DNA from: Reclinomonas americana ATCC 50394
Lineage: Eukaryota
Direction of reading: 5' to 3'
Length of the DNA: 51,869 bases
Assembly: GCA_048213135.1 (NCBI GenBank)
Contig: PS015160.1
Coordinates: forward strand, 134,250 to 186,118
Below the pieces are notes generated by a model. It did not search any database and had not been told where the DNA came from. It saw only the letters and a program-made list of their open reading frames with translations. Shown here one piece after another: positions 13,039-24,542 of this stretch (positions are counted from its first letter, which is position 1; the number at the start of each line of letters is the position of its first letter). The position numbers were made by a program, and so were the translations under genes.

Positions 13039-15477
13039 CGTGTGTGCGCGTGCGTCGAAACCATGATGATGCAGCACTGAGAACGCGTTGTTCTTTTCCT
13101 TCTTCCTCATCTCGTCGTCTTTGTTCTCTGATCTCTTCTGCATCCCTTGCTTCTCGTCTCACTCTCCCTCCTTCTCCCCTCCTTTCCCTCGTCCAGGTCG
13201 CCGTCAATCGCCTCTCCTTTGCCCTGGAACCTGGAGACTGCTTCGGCATTCTGGGTCGCGGCGGCTGCGGCAAGACGTCTGTCGCGCTAATGCTCACCGC
13301 GCAGCTGCGAGCCACATTCGGTGATGTGTTTGTGGAGGGTCTGGATGCGGTGATCGAACCCCGCGAGTTGCAACGCAACGTCGGCTACTGTGCACAGCGC
13401 GACGCACTGATCGAGGATCTGACCGGGCGCGAACACCTCCTGCTGTTCGCGCGCCTCAAGGGCATTCCCACCAACAAAATAGGCATGGTGGTAGACGGCC
13501 TCATCAACATGATGCGACTCGGCAAGCTGGCCAACCGACGTGTGGCGCGCTACGGCAACGGCATTCGGAGGCGACTATCGCTGGCGATTGCACTAATGGG
13601 CAACCCCTCGGTGTTGGTCCTCGACGAGGTCACGCGCGGCGTCGACCCATCAACAAGAAGGTCTCCGACGTTGCTGACTCACTCACGTGGTGATGATGAT
13701 GCCGCTGCTCACGCGGTCCTGTTGGGCAGATTCATCTGGAACACCATCATTCGAGTTCGCGAGGAGAAGACGATTGTTCTCACAACACACAGCATGGAGG
13801 AGGCGGATGCGCTGTGCACGAGAATTGGAGTGCTGAAGGGAGGAGAGGTGCGTTGTTTTGCAGTGATTGAAGAAGAAGAGAGGACGAAGGAGAGGAGGAG
13901 ATGTACAGGAAGAGGAAAAATAGAAGGTGGGGGACGAAGCGCAACAACAAGAAGAACAAAAATAAGTTGAAGAAGGAAGAGGAGGAGAAGCACACACACG
14001 GGCCACTGGCCTCGAAGAAGGAAGAGAGCAGCAGAACAGAGAAGATCTTCAGGGAAAGAGGCGTTGAAGACGCGGAAGAGGAAGAAGAAGCAGAAGAGGG
14101 AGAAGAGAAACAACATCAACTACAATAAGAAGATGAAGGAGAAGGAAACAGAAGCAGAAACGAGCAGCAGAACCTACAAGGGACACTGGGTGTGAAGAAA
14201 AGGGAGCAGAGAAGTAGAGAAGAACGAGTAAGCATGCATATGTAGACAGAAAGAGGAACTGATCGCGGTCGCGGCACTCCGAAGCTGAGAGCTTGGAAAC
14301 AGGAAAAATGTTTCGCTCTCTCATCTCTGTGCTCCTCAACTCGGTCGTCTCTCGCCCCGCCGATATCTATTCTTCTTGTTCTTCACCGCACTCTCGCAGT
14401 CGTTCTTACAAGTGTCCCTGCATCTCTTGTTTTTCTCCTTATCTCATATCGATATCTTGGCTCACTCTCAGTCGTGCTGAAGGTTGTCTCCTGCATGAAC
14501 TTTTCGTTTTCTCTCCACCTGTAATTGATTTCTTGACTCCCTTTGTTGTTCCTCACCACACTCTCACAGTCATGTTCTGTGTTTCTCCGCCGATCATCGG
14601 TATCTTGATCACGATTGTCTCTGCATATACTTCTTTTAATCTCCGCGTATCTGTGATATCTTGACTCCTTTGTTGTTCCTCACCACACTCTCCCAGTCGT
14701 GTTCTTGTGTTTCTCCGCCGATCATCGGTATCCTGATCACCTTCTCACGATTGTCTCTGCATTTACTTCTTATTCTCTCCGCGTGTCGTGATATCTTGAC
14801 TCACCTTGTTACTCTTCACCACTCTCTCGCAGTCTAATATATTCACTTGTTTCTCTCTCCCTTCCCCCTCCCTCTCCTCTTCCCTCTCCCCCTTTCCCCT
14901 TCCAGATGGTGTGCCTCGGCACCTCGCAGCACCTGCGCGACCGCTTCAGCACCGGCTATCACATGGAGATCAAGACCATCACCCCCGAGTACTCGCCGGC
15001 ACTGCACGCGTTCATGGACCGTCAGTTCCCCGACGCGCAGCTGTTGGATGAGCACGGATGCCTGCACACGTTCCAACTGCCTTATGCCGCACACTCGCTC
15101 GCCTCTGTGTTTGGCCTGTTGCAGCGCAATTCGCAGGCTCTCGGTATCGACGACTATGCGGTGACGCAGCCGACGCTGGAGCAAATCTTCATTCTCAAGA
15201 CTCAGGAGCGCGTGGATCGTGATCCTGCCACAATTGGTGCGTTGTCTCTACTCCTCTTTCACTCTTGGTGGTCACCTCATCCATCTGTCACTTGTTTGCA
15301 GACCGCGTCGAGTTGCGACCACGGCGCTCCTGCCTGCTCTGCTGCGGCTGCCGGTGCTGTTGTGGCGCCTCGCCGGCCTCATCGGTCGACTCGGTCCGCG
15401 AAGTCACCGGCACGGTCACCTACACGGACGGGTACGACGAGTATGCAGAATCAGAGACCGAGTACGGTCGATCCTAA
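5199..15477 (+). CDS. ABC transporter subfamily A, full-size (TMD-NBD-TMD-NBD), about 23 visible exons, 5' end missing
   Basis: [29 protein letters not shown]1 GHPGAGK|TT and [46 protein letters not shown]2 [59 protein letters not shown]. Stop TAA at 15475-15477. Confidence 0.95.
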
Positions 15478-15587
15478 AAAATCGTAATATATAAATTAAC
15501 AACAACCAGCTCATTTGTCTTTGTGTGTTCTTACAGCTTTATGGGGGTTTCTCCCCTTTTCCCTTATCTCTTTAACATTATACGCGG

Positions 15588-18500
15588 CTATCGCCCCGAC
15601 CGCCGCTCCTTGGTCTTCATGAGCACAAAGCTCTCGCCGTCGGATGTCGCCACAATCGACTTGCCGCGTCGTGCAAACGTGGTCACCTGCGACATCTTGG
15701 TCGAGTGCAAGTGGCCGCGTGGCGAAATGCACTCCACTAGACGCGCTGTCTGGTTGAATCCGCGATCCGGGATCGTCGCATCCTCGGCAGAGAGCTGCGG
15801 CTTGGTGGTCATCTCGGCACTGGGGCCGGAACCGGCGCCACGCTGCCGATGGATACCTTGCAGAACCTCGGTGCGCCACTCTCGGGCATCTTGTGAGGCA
15901 AAGAGCTCGGTGTCTGAGTTCTTGTTCTTGCGCTCGTAGAGGAGGCTGACGTCGGGCGTGCGTCGGGTCACGTGAGAGTCGAGTGTGATTTGGTTCGGAA
16001 TGCGCGCCTGTGACATCCACACGCGAAGCAAATGAGTCACTTGAAAGCACTACGTCATGGAGGCGGGCGGGGCGTGACGCAACGCAGAGGTAGTTCATCG
16101 GGAGATCTTGTCCCGAGACTCGCCAAGTGATGCGCTGGCCCTCGCGGAACGACAGCGGAACATTCTGCAGAGACCGTCAAGTTATAAGCCGGAATCATGA
16201 AGGGGAGAATCGCTTAGGTACACACACCTTGTCCTTGGTCTCATTCTGCGTAAACTTTTGCTGCATCCGCCTCCGCACTTTGCGCATCTTTTCGTCAAAC
16301 TCCACCACGGTCTGGTCGCGCCGTGAACGCGCGAATGCCACGCCACCGCCCCGATGTGCCACAGCTCGCCACCCTCGCTCAGTGTCGTACTCCAGCTCGT
16401 TGTGCGTCTCGAGCGGCGGGTCGCTCCACTTGGCAAAGAAACCACGCCACTCGTCGGGCCGATCGGTGGCCGAATCAAAGCTGATGGCGCCACGTGGTCG
16501 TTTCTCCGTGACTCCCGACTTGGTGAACTCGGGAGGCGACAGGAACGGTCTCCGTGGTGGATCAGCCGACTGCGGTCGTTGACGATCGGCAGGCGAGCCA
16601 GCCGACGTCGGTCGTGAGGGTGAGCGACCGCGCGAGGCCGGTGTCGCCGACGTTGGTCGCTTCTGTGACGACCTGCCTTGCGTGGCCGAGCGACCACGAG
16701 CAGAGGACTTGGCGCCCTCGGCTTCGACCGTGCCAGCACCTGAAATGCGGCCCGACATTGCGCGTGAGGAGCCCGGCGTGCGCTCGCTCTCAAGCAGGGC
16801 GCTTGCCGGTCGCCCTCGCTTTGTGGGCGACGTGGACGGTGACGGCGTGCGGGATCCACCCTTGGCGCTGCCTGCGGTGCCGTTCAGACCAATGCTGGAC
16901 AGCAGCTCGTGTTGCACGCGGCGCCACTTCTTCTCAGGCGTCGACATGAACGGAATGGAACTATTTGATGCATGCAGGTGAGTGAGATCAGCAGCGCGCG
17001 GTGCAGTGAGAGTGCGCGGAGTCTGACGCAACGATTGACCGCTCTTTGCGCGTCGTTTCTCCTCCAAAACCTCCAAAGCGTGCGCCATCTCCAACTTGCC
17101 ACCAACGCCAGCCACTGCCGCTTCCAGCAGGCGCCCTAGTGCGCCACCGATAGCGGGTCCGGAGGTGGACTTGGTGGCACTCAAGTGCGGTAGCGAGTCG
17201 CCCGAGCTCTCCGACCGCGCAATCACCGATTCCATGTCGACGCCATCATCATCGTCATCGTCGTCGCCGCCCTGGTCGTCGTTCTCGCCGGCACTTTCGT
17301 CTCCGCCGAGTTTCGGACCTGCGGCAGCAACAGCCGACGATGCGGAAGGAACCGACAGGAGCGGAACAGCAGAGGAGGCTGACAGGGTGGAGGTGGCCAC
17401 ATTGGTCGACGATGCGGGTGCGGCCGGCGACAGGCTCGACGGTTGTCGGTCATTGGTACCGACCGACTGCAAAGACTGCTGCTGTTGCACAACGACATCG
17501 CGATCCGAGGCGGCGCGAAGTGTCGGGGATACGGAGCGGCCAGTCTCAGATGTCCTCGACACGTCGGGTGCCGAGGAGGCTGCTAGCTGATTGTCGCGGA
17601 AACGCAGCGCGCGGCCGATAGCGTCAGCCGCCCTTGCAGAAGACGACACGCGCTGAACAGATGGTTCTGGTGAGCGCGGAACCGGCGATTGTGATTGTTG
17701 ACTCCTTTCTCTACAAACCAAAAAGAGACGAGTTGCCATGAGTACAGCGAAGGCAAAAGAGCTGCTACGCAGAAGAAAACAGACGCAACGATCGTGCTCC
17801 CGATCTCGCATCGGGTCTTGGCGATCCAGAAGCGTCCGACGCGGCGGCCACCGCCAGTACAGGAGCAGACGGCATGTCGTGCGCGGAGGCCGACCGAGAG
17901 TGGCCACCTGAACGGCCGCGCACATGCGCTGGCTGCGGTGATGCGCCTCGCTTGGTCTGTCGCTGCTGTTGGCGACGGTGTGCGGCACGGAACATGGCGC
18001 TGTCGCGCTCATCCGGCGTCGTTGGTGTTGTACTGGCACTTCGATTCGTGCCAGGAGTGGCCAGTGCGGCGGCTGTCGCGGTGGTGGTGGTGGTCGCTGT
18101 GGTGGTAGTCGTCGTCGTTGTTGTCGTGTCGTGCTTGCTGCCGTCGACCGACGATGTCGGTCGCAGATGATCGGGCGGTGAGTGCACCGTATCTGCGTAG
18201 TACGACGTGCTCTGGTCCTCCGTGTCCAACATGTCATCGAGGGGGTCGACCAGGAACGACTTATCGCTGGACTGACGATCCACTCGACTGCGGTAGGCTG
18301 CCGTGGGAGGTCGTGGTCTCCGGTCCATTTGCGGAGAACGACGGTCCACGCCGGGCGCCGAGCTCGGTCTCAAGACAGCCTCAGCCGTGGCGGGAGTCGC
18401 CAGCAACATCGAGTGATTGAGTCGATGCTGTGGTGGCGTGTCGTGGCTCATGGGCGAAAGCGTGACATGCGACGGCGCTGCATGCGTCGCCGCGGCAGTC

Positions 18501-21339
18501 TTGATTTGCGGCGACGTGGGCGCTGACATTGCCGCCGCAGCGGCGGTTGAGGGAACCGACAGATTGCTGCTGCCACGCGGCGGCTGCCGCGAGGACGATG
18601 TGTTGCGGAGAATGGACGACGACAAAAAGTGCATCGACGATGAGGCCGAGTCCTCCAGGCTGTGGAAGCCGCCGCCGCCCCCACTCTCATCCAGGTCGGG
18701 CGACGAGGCCAGGGAGAAGCCGTCCATGTGACCTGCACATAATTCAACGTTGAGTGCTTCATAAGACACTTTCCCCCCACGCACACGCGTGATCCATACG
18801 CACCGGTATTGTCCATGGACGCCGCGTCGTCGGCCGATGGTGGCGCAGTAAAGAGTGCCTTGACGACCTCGGTGTTTGCTTCGACTCGTCGCTCAATTTC
18901 TTGCGCCTGTCCATGCGTGCTCTGTGTGCGCTTTACCGCCGAAAACGGAACGCCCCCGACTGGCGAGCGCAGCTCGTACTTGTCCTTGACTTTCCCCAGT
19001 TCCACCACGTCCTGCATGCGTTGCGTGCGCTCCGTGGTCGGCAAGTAGCGTCCCGACGTGGTGGTGCGCTGCGCTTGCGGCTGTGCCGAGGCCGGACGAA
19101 TCTGGCTACAGGTGGGCTTGCGATCACGCAGCCGCTGCAAGTCTTGTCGCACCTGCGAGTGCGGCAAGAGTGGGTGGGTGGGTGGGAGGATTCGCAAGGT
19201 AGGTGGGGGTGTTTCGGCACCAACCTCGTCGTTCAAATCATACGAATCGTCGCGAAGGTCGGCGGAACGAGCGACCTTCATCACCACCTTGATGGGAGTC
19301 TGTCGCGCAACAACGCAGAGTGTGAATGAGTAATTGATCGAAAGACTGGCACGCGTGTACGGGTTCGACTCGTGCAACAGCACGCACAAAGAGGCAGGCA
19401 GACGCAAAGGGCCACAGGGCAGACGAAGCGAGCGACACGATGAAGACAGCAGAGCTCAAGTGTGCGTTCGTTGAACGCATCCCCCCCAAAGAAAAACCGT
19501 TTTTCCTCTTGACTACAGCAACGCACCGGAGTCTTCACACTCATCATCGCCGACACTGCCGCATCANNNNNNNNNNNNNNNNNNNNTCCGAGTCGAGGAA
19601 CATGGGCGAGGGTGAATCCGATCCGCGTTCCGACAGAGTAGCCATCAGCGCGGCGACTTGTCCGGGCGCCTCCATTCGACGGTCGCTTCTCTGTGTGTGT
19701 GCGATCAACGCCCGTTTTCTCTCGTCAATTGAGGCAAATCGAAAAAATTTCGGGCGAGACTAAAAACGGTCGCTTTGCGCGGCGAGAAACGGAAAAATGT
19801 TTGTGTAGAGAGATCAGACGAACCTCTCGTTGCACGTCGTCATGGATGCGTCGCCGGTTGGCCCGGAAGCGTTCTCCATCAGCAGCCGAGGCGGCGGAGG
19901 GGGCGGTGGCGGCGGCAAGGATGGCGGAACGTGACTGGGGGAGGGTAAATGAGGAGAAGAGATGGGGGGGAAGAATGGAGGGAGGGTCGTGCTTACAGAG
20001 ACAAAAAAGGAGCGCAAGACAACAATATGCAGAAGGGAAGCGACGCTTGACGTCAGACCAGAAACGAGCACATGACGAGGGAAGAACGGAGCACGTTGTC
20101 GTGACATGCATTGCCGCAACGGAGAAGCGATACAAGAGTCTCTCACTCGGTGCACCCTGCTTTGCTCTCTGTTTCGTTCCTTGGGAGACAGAAGACGCAC
20201 AGCCTTATCCAGAGACGAGCACACAGAAGGGAAGAGGGGGGAGAGGGGGAGAGAACTGTCACTCGGAACTCCCTGCTTCGCTTTGGAACGCAGGACGCAC
20301 TGCTGGTTCTTTTCTCTTTCAGAAACGAGCATCGCGACAGGAAAGAGCGAGACAAGAGATGAAAGACGCGCAGGCCATCCTCCTCACTCAGAACACCCTG
20401 CTTTGCTCTCTGTTTCGTTCCCTCCAAGACACAAGACACACTACCCGTCCGTTGCTACTCCAGAAGCAAACACATGGCAAGGGCAGAGAGGAACACAAGA
20501 GACGAGAGACGCGCTGGCCATCCTCCTTCTCCCACAGACGATTCTCACTCAGAACACCCTGCTTTGCTCTCTGTTTCGAGCACTAAGAGACCGCCCTTCC
20601 TTGGCTCTTCTGAAACAGATGAGAGGCTCGCTGCTCTTTCCCAGAAACACCCTGCTCCGCTCCCGCCCCTCTCTTCCATGCCCCTCACCTTGGCCTCCTC
20701 GGCCAGCTCCTCCGCCGACATGCCCAACAACGTATTAATCGCATTTCCCAGCACCGATGCTCGACTCGCCGCCGCCGACTTGCTGCTCGTCGCCACAGCC
20801 GCAGCCGCCAAAGCCGTCGCACTCACCTCCTTCTTCTTACTACTCCCAGCAACAGACGATTCATCTTTCCCATCCTGCTCAGCTCCAGATCCCAGCTGCA
20901 ACAGCGACTTCACACGTCGATGACTGGACGACGACGGCGACGCGGGCTTTTGCCACGCGACGCTGACACCACGCAGGACCACGGGAGGACGCTGCTGGTG
21001 CTGATGATCGCCCTCATCGAGCGCCAGCAGTGTCTCCGGGTCATCCAGTAAGTCCGGTCCGTAGCGCAGAATTCCCGCGGAGGATGTGCTGCGTCGTGTG
21101 GAGGCCGAGGTTGCACTGCTGGGGCGTGCGCCTTTGAGAGGTGCAGAGGGTGACGTGGCGATGTTGGCTGCTCACACAGAGAGAGTGAGTGACTGTGAGA
21201 GTGAGTGTGAGACACACAAGCACGCGCGGACGTAACAGAGATGTGCGAGAGAGGTGCTGAGTGGATCGTGCCTCTTCATCTTCTTGGTGTCGTTGGTGGC
21301 CAGTGAGGCGGAGCGTGGGCGGGTGCCACGAACCTCCAT
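15588..21339 (-). CDS. Large low-complexity Ser/Pro/Arg-rich protein of unknown function (multi-exon). May be two genes split at the 19567-19586 gap.
   Basis: Long ORFs 16195-17715, 17790-18733, 18805-19153 and 20690-21168 can be joined by GT-AG introns. Putative ATG at 21339 (MEVRGTRPRS). No family motif recognised. Confidence 0.55.
20150..20580. repeat. Three dispersed direct repeats in an intron
   Basis: caccctgctttgctctctgtttcg near 20153, 20394 and 20554. Confidence 0.8.
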
Positions 21340-21699
21340 GAGTGGAGAGAGGGTGTTTTGTGTGCGCACGCGCGACTCCCGCTGCAAGATACAGTGCCAA
21401 CGGCAGGTGTCACTGACATCCATCAATACTGTTCGGTCTTTCGCAGTCCTGAGAATCGTGCGCCACCCAGCGTGTTGGCGGTGGAACGGGCACTGCTGCA
21501 ACGACACGACGCAGCCTTTCGCGAGGAAGAAAAAGTCAACGAGAGAAAAAACGCAATTGCCATCGCGTTTCATTTTCGAATTGCCACTCTCTTTCCAGCG
21601 GCGGTTCTCTTACAGCAGCAGAAAGAGGAGCCGTTGCCACCATCTGCACATGGTGGCAGTGTTAGTGTACGTAATGCGAGGAAAGAATTCTCCATTTCG

Positions 21700-23076
21700 T
21701 TAACGAAACGATTGCTTGACAGGTCCGGTCGAGAGCGGACGTCCGTCGCCCAAGTACCGCGCCATGACGAGTGCCGGATGGAAACGGAAGCGGATAAAGT
21801 AGTAGAACTGAGGTGTAGGGTGAGACGGGACCAGCAGCGATAGTATGTGTGGGTGGGGGAGTGCGCAACTCGATGCTCGTCCATCACGGAGAAACCTAAT
21901 CTCTCGTAAAACCGGACGGCGGCCTCGTTTCGCTTCTCGGTGTGCAAGTAAATCACTTTGGCGGCGTACTGATGCGTGCAGTCGGCAATGGCGTTCTCCA
22001 TAAGCTTGGAGGCTGTTCGGTTTATGAGAATAGTGCGCGAAGATCTCTCTTCTCATGCGACACCAGGGCCACTTGCTGCATCCTAACATCCATGTATCTT
22101 CTTCTCCATCACTTCTCACCAGCAGCAAATGCCTTCTTCGTCTCTCTGTACGGGACTAAGTGACTCGTGCAACCTCACTTCGACTACCTTTCCATCCATC
22201 ACCAACGCTTTTCTCGCAATGCCTCTCGCCTCTGTCGGCAAAGGGCCACTCGCTGCATCCTCACTTCCTTCCTTTCCCTTTTCTCACAATCCCTCTCGCC
22301 TCACTCGTGAGGCAGCTTTTTCACTCATTCTACCGCTGCGCCTCACATGCACGTGCGACGCACTGCGAAACAACCGCGATGCAGCTCCCCTCTCTCTTTC
22401 GGCTTCTCTCTTTCTCTTCCCTCTCAATCCCTCTCGACTCGCCCGCGATGCCATTTCTTCTCTCTACATCGTGCTCTACGATGGCGCCTCCCCTCATCTC
22501 TCTTGCCTATTCTTCCTCTTCTCCCTGTACCCTCTCGACTCACCCGCGATGCCGTTTCTTCTCTTTCTTGCCATTTCTCTCTCACACTCTGACCGCGACT
22601 TTCTCATCATCTCTTCTCCCTCGTCTCCGCCCTTTCGCCACGCAACATATGCCATGTCGACGGAACGGCTGATCCACGCCCAGCATCATGACATAGGCCA
22701 CCGCACTAGGTCCACACTCCGGCGCCAACAATATACTCTCCTTCTCATCCCCACACGAAAAACAATCAGTCGCCCTCGCCCTGACACTCCTCCTACTCAC
22801 CCCGCACTCACCGCACGCATCACCCGCTCAGGCGGCCGCACTCTCGTCAACACAAACCCCACAACGCTCTCCGCAGATGCGTCATACGGCTTCTGCTGCG
22901 CAATCCACATGACAAGATCCGGTTCCGAGCGAAAGATGGACCGGAAAACACCAGGAGGATACCTGCAGAGACAGACAGACACTCAACAACGGACTTGACA
23001 GCTGTGTCTCTGTGCCTCTCTCTCTCACTCACTCACTCACTCACTCACTCACTCACTCACTCACTCACTCACTCAC

Positions 23077-23130
<54 letters not shown>

Positions 23131-24103
23131 TCACTCTCTCTCTCTCTACTCCTCCTCCTCCTCTACCTCCTCCTCCTCTCTCTCTCTCTCCTACCTCCTC
23201 CTCCTNNNNNNNNNNNNNNNNNNNNNNNNNNNNNNNNNNNNNNNNNNNNNNNNNNNNNNNNNNNNNNNNNNNNNNNNNNNNNNNNNNNNNNNNNNNNNNN
23301 NNNNNNNNNNNNNNNNNNNNNNNNNNNNNNNNNNNNNNNNNNNNNNNNNNNNNNNNNNNNNNNNNNNNNNNNNNNNNNNNNNNNNNNNNNNNNNNNNNNN
23401 NNNNNNNNNNNNNNNNNNNNNNNNNNNNNNNNNNNNNNNNNNNNNNNNNNNNNNNNNNNNNNNNNNNNNNNNNNNNNNNNNNNNNNNNNNNNNNNNNNNN
23501 NNNNNNNNNNNNNNNNNNNNNNNNNNNNNNNNNNNNNNNNNNNNNNNNNNNNNNNNNNNNNNNNNNNNNNNNNNNNNNNNNNNNNNNNNNNNNNNNNNNN
23601 NNNNNNNNNNNNNNNNNNNNNNNNNNNNNNNNNNNNNNNNNNNNNNNNNNNNNNNNNNNNNNNNNNNNNNNNNNNNNNNNNNNNNNNNNNNNNNNNNNNN
23701 NNNNNNNNNNNNNNNNNNNNNNNNNNNNNNNNNNNNNNNNNNNNNNNNNNNNNNNNNNNNNNNNNNNNNNNNNNNNNNNNNNNNNNNNNNNNNNNNNNNN
23801 NNNNNNNNNNNNNNNNNNNNNNNNNNNNNNNNNNNNNNNNNNNNNNNNNNNNNNNNNNNNNNNNNNNNNNNNNNNNNNNNNNNNNNNNNNNNNNNNNNNN
23901 NNNNNNNNNNNNNNNNNNNNNNNNNNNNNNNNNNNNNNNNNNNNNNNNNNNNNNNNNNNNNNNNNNNNNNNNNNNNNNNNNNNNNNNNNNNNNNNNNNNN
24001 NNNNNNNNCTACTACCTACCTACCTACCTACCTACCTACCTACCTACCGTACCTACCTACCTACCGTACCTACCTACCTACCTACCTACCTACTCACTAC
24101 TAC

Positions 24104-24151
<48 letters not shown>

Positions 24152-24471
24152 TCACTCACTCACTCACACACTCACTCACTCTCCCTCCCCCTCCCTCCCT
24201 CCCTCCCTCACTCACTCACTCACTCTTCCCTCTCTCCCTCCCCCCTCCCTCTTCCCCTTCCCACCCTCCCTCCCGCCCTCCCTCTCTCTCACCCCACAGG
24301 AAAGAGTCGCCGACTAAGTGAGGCCAAGGCCGGCACCACTTGCTGCCTTTCATGCATGTCCTGCAGTCGCGTGTATCGTATTCCATCGCCTGCAGCCACC
24401 GACGTTGCAGTGTGCAAGCAACGTCGCGAGAGAAGCAGCAGGCCGCAAGAGGAAACTCGTCGAAGGAGCAT
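21700..24471 (-). CDS. GNAT acetyltransferase, Naa60/Naa50-like, with an Arg/Leu/Ser-rich N-terminal extension
   Basis: Spliced: LFPVG|YPPGVFRSIF...VVGFVLTRV; VAYVMMLGVDQPFRRHGIS|SKLM...VIYLHTEKRNEAAVRFYERLGF...|FYYFIRFRFHPALVMARYLGDG...*. The motif order matches Naa60. Confidence 0.8.
23015..24290. repeat. (TCAC)n, (TC)n, (CCT)n and (TACC)n microsatellites around an N gap in GNAT intron 1
   Basis: Directly visible. Confidence 0.9.
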
Positions 24472-24542
24472 TGCAATAAAGAGAGAAGGACAGATAGGTG
24501 TCCTATCGACGACCAAGGCGCGAGTTTCTCCGAGAGCGAAGC

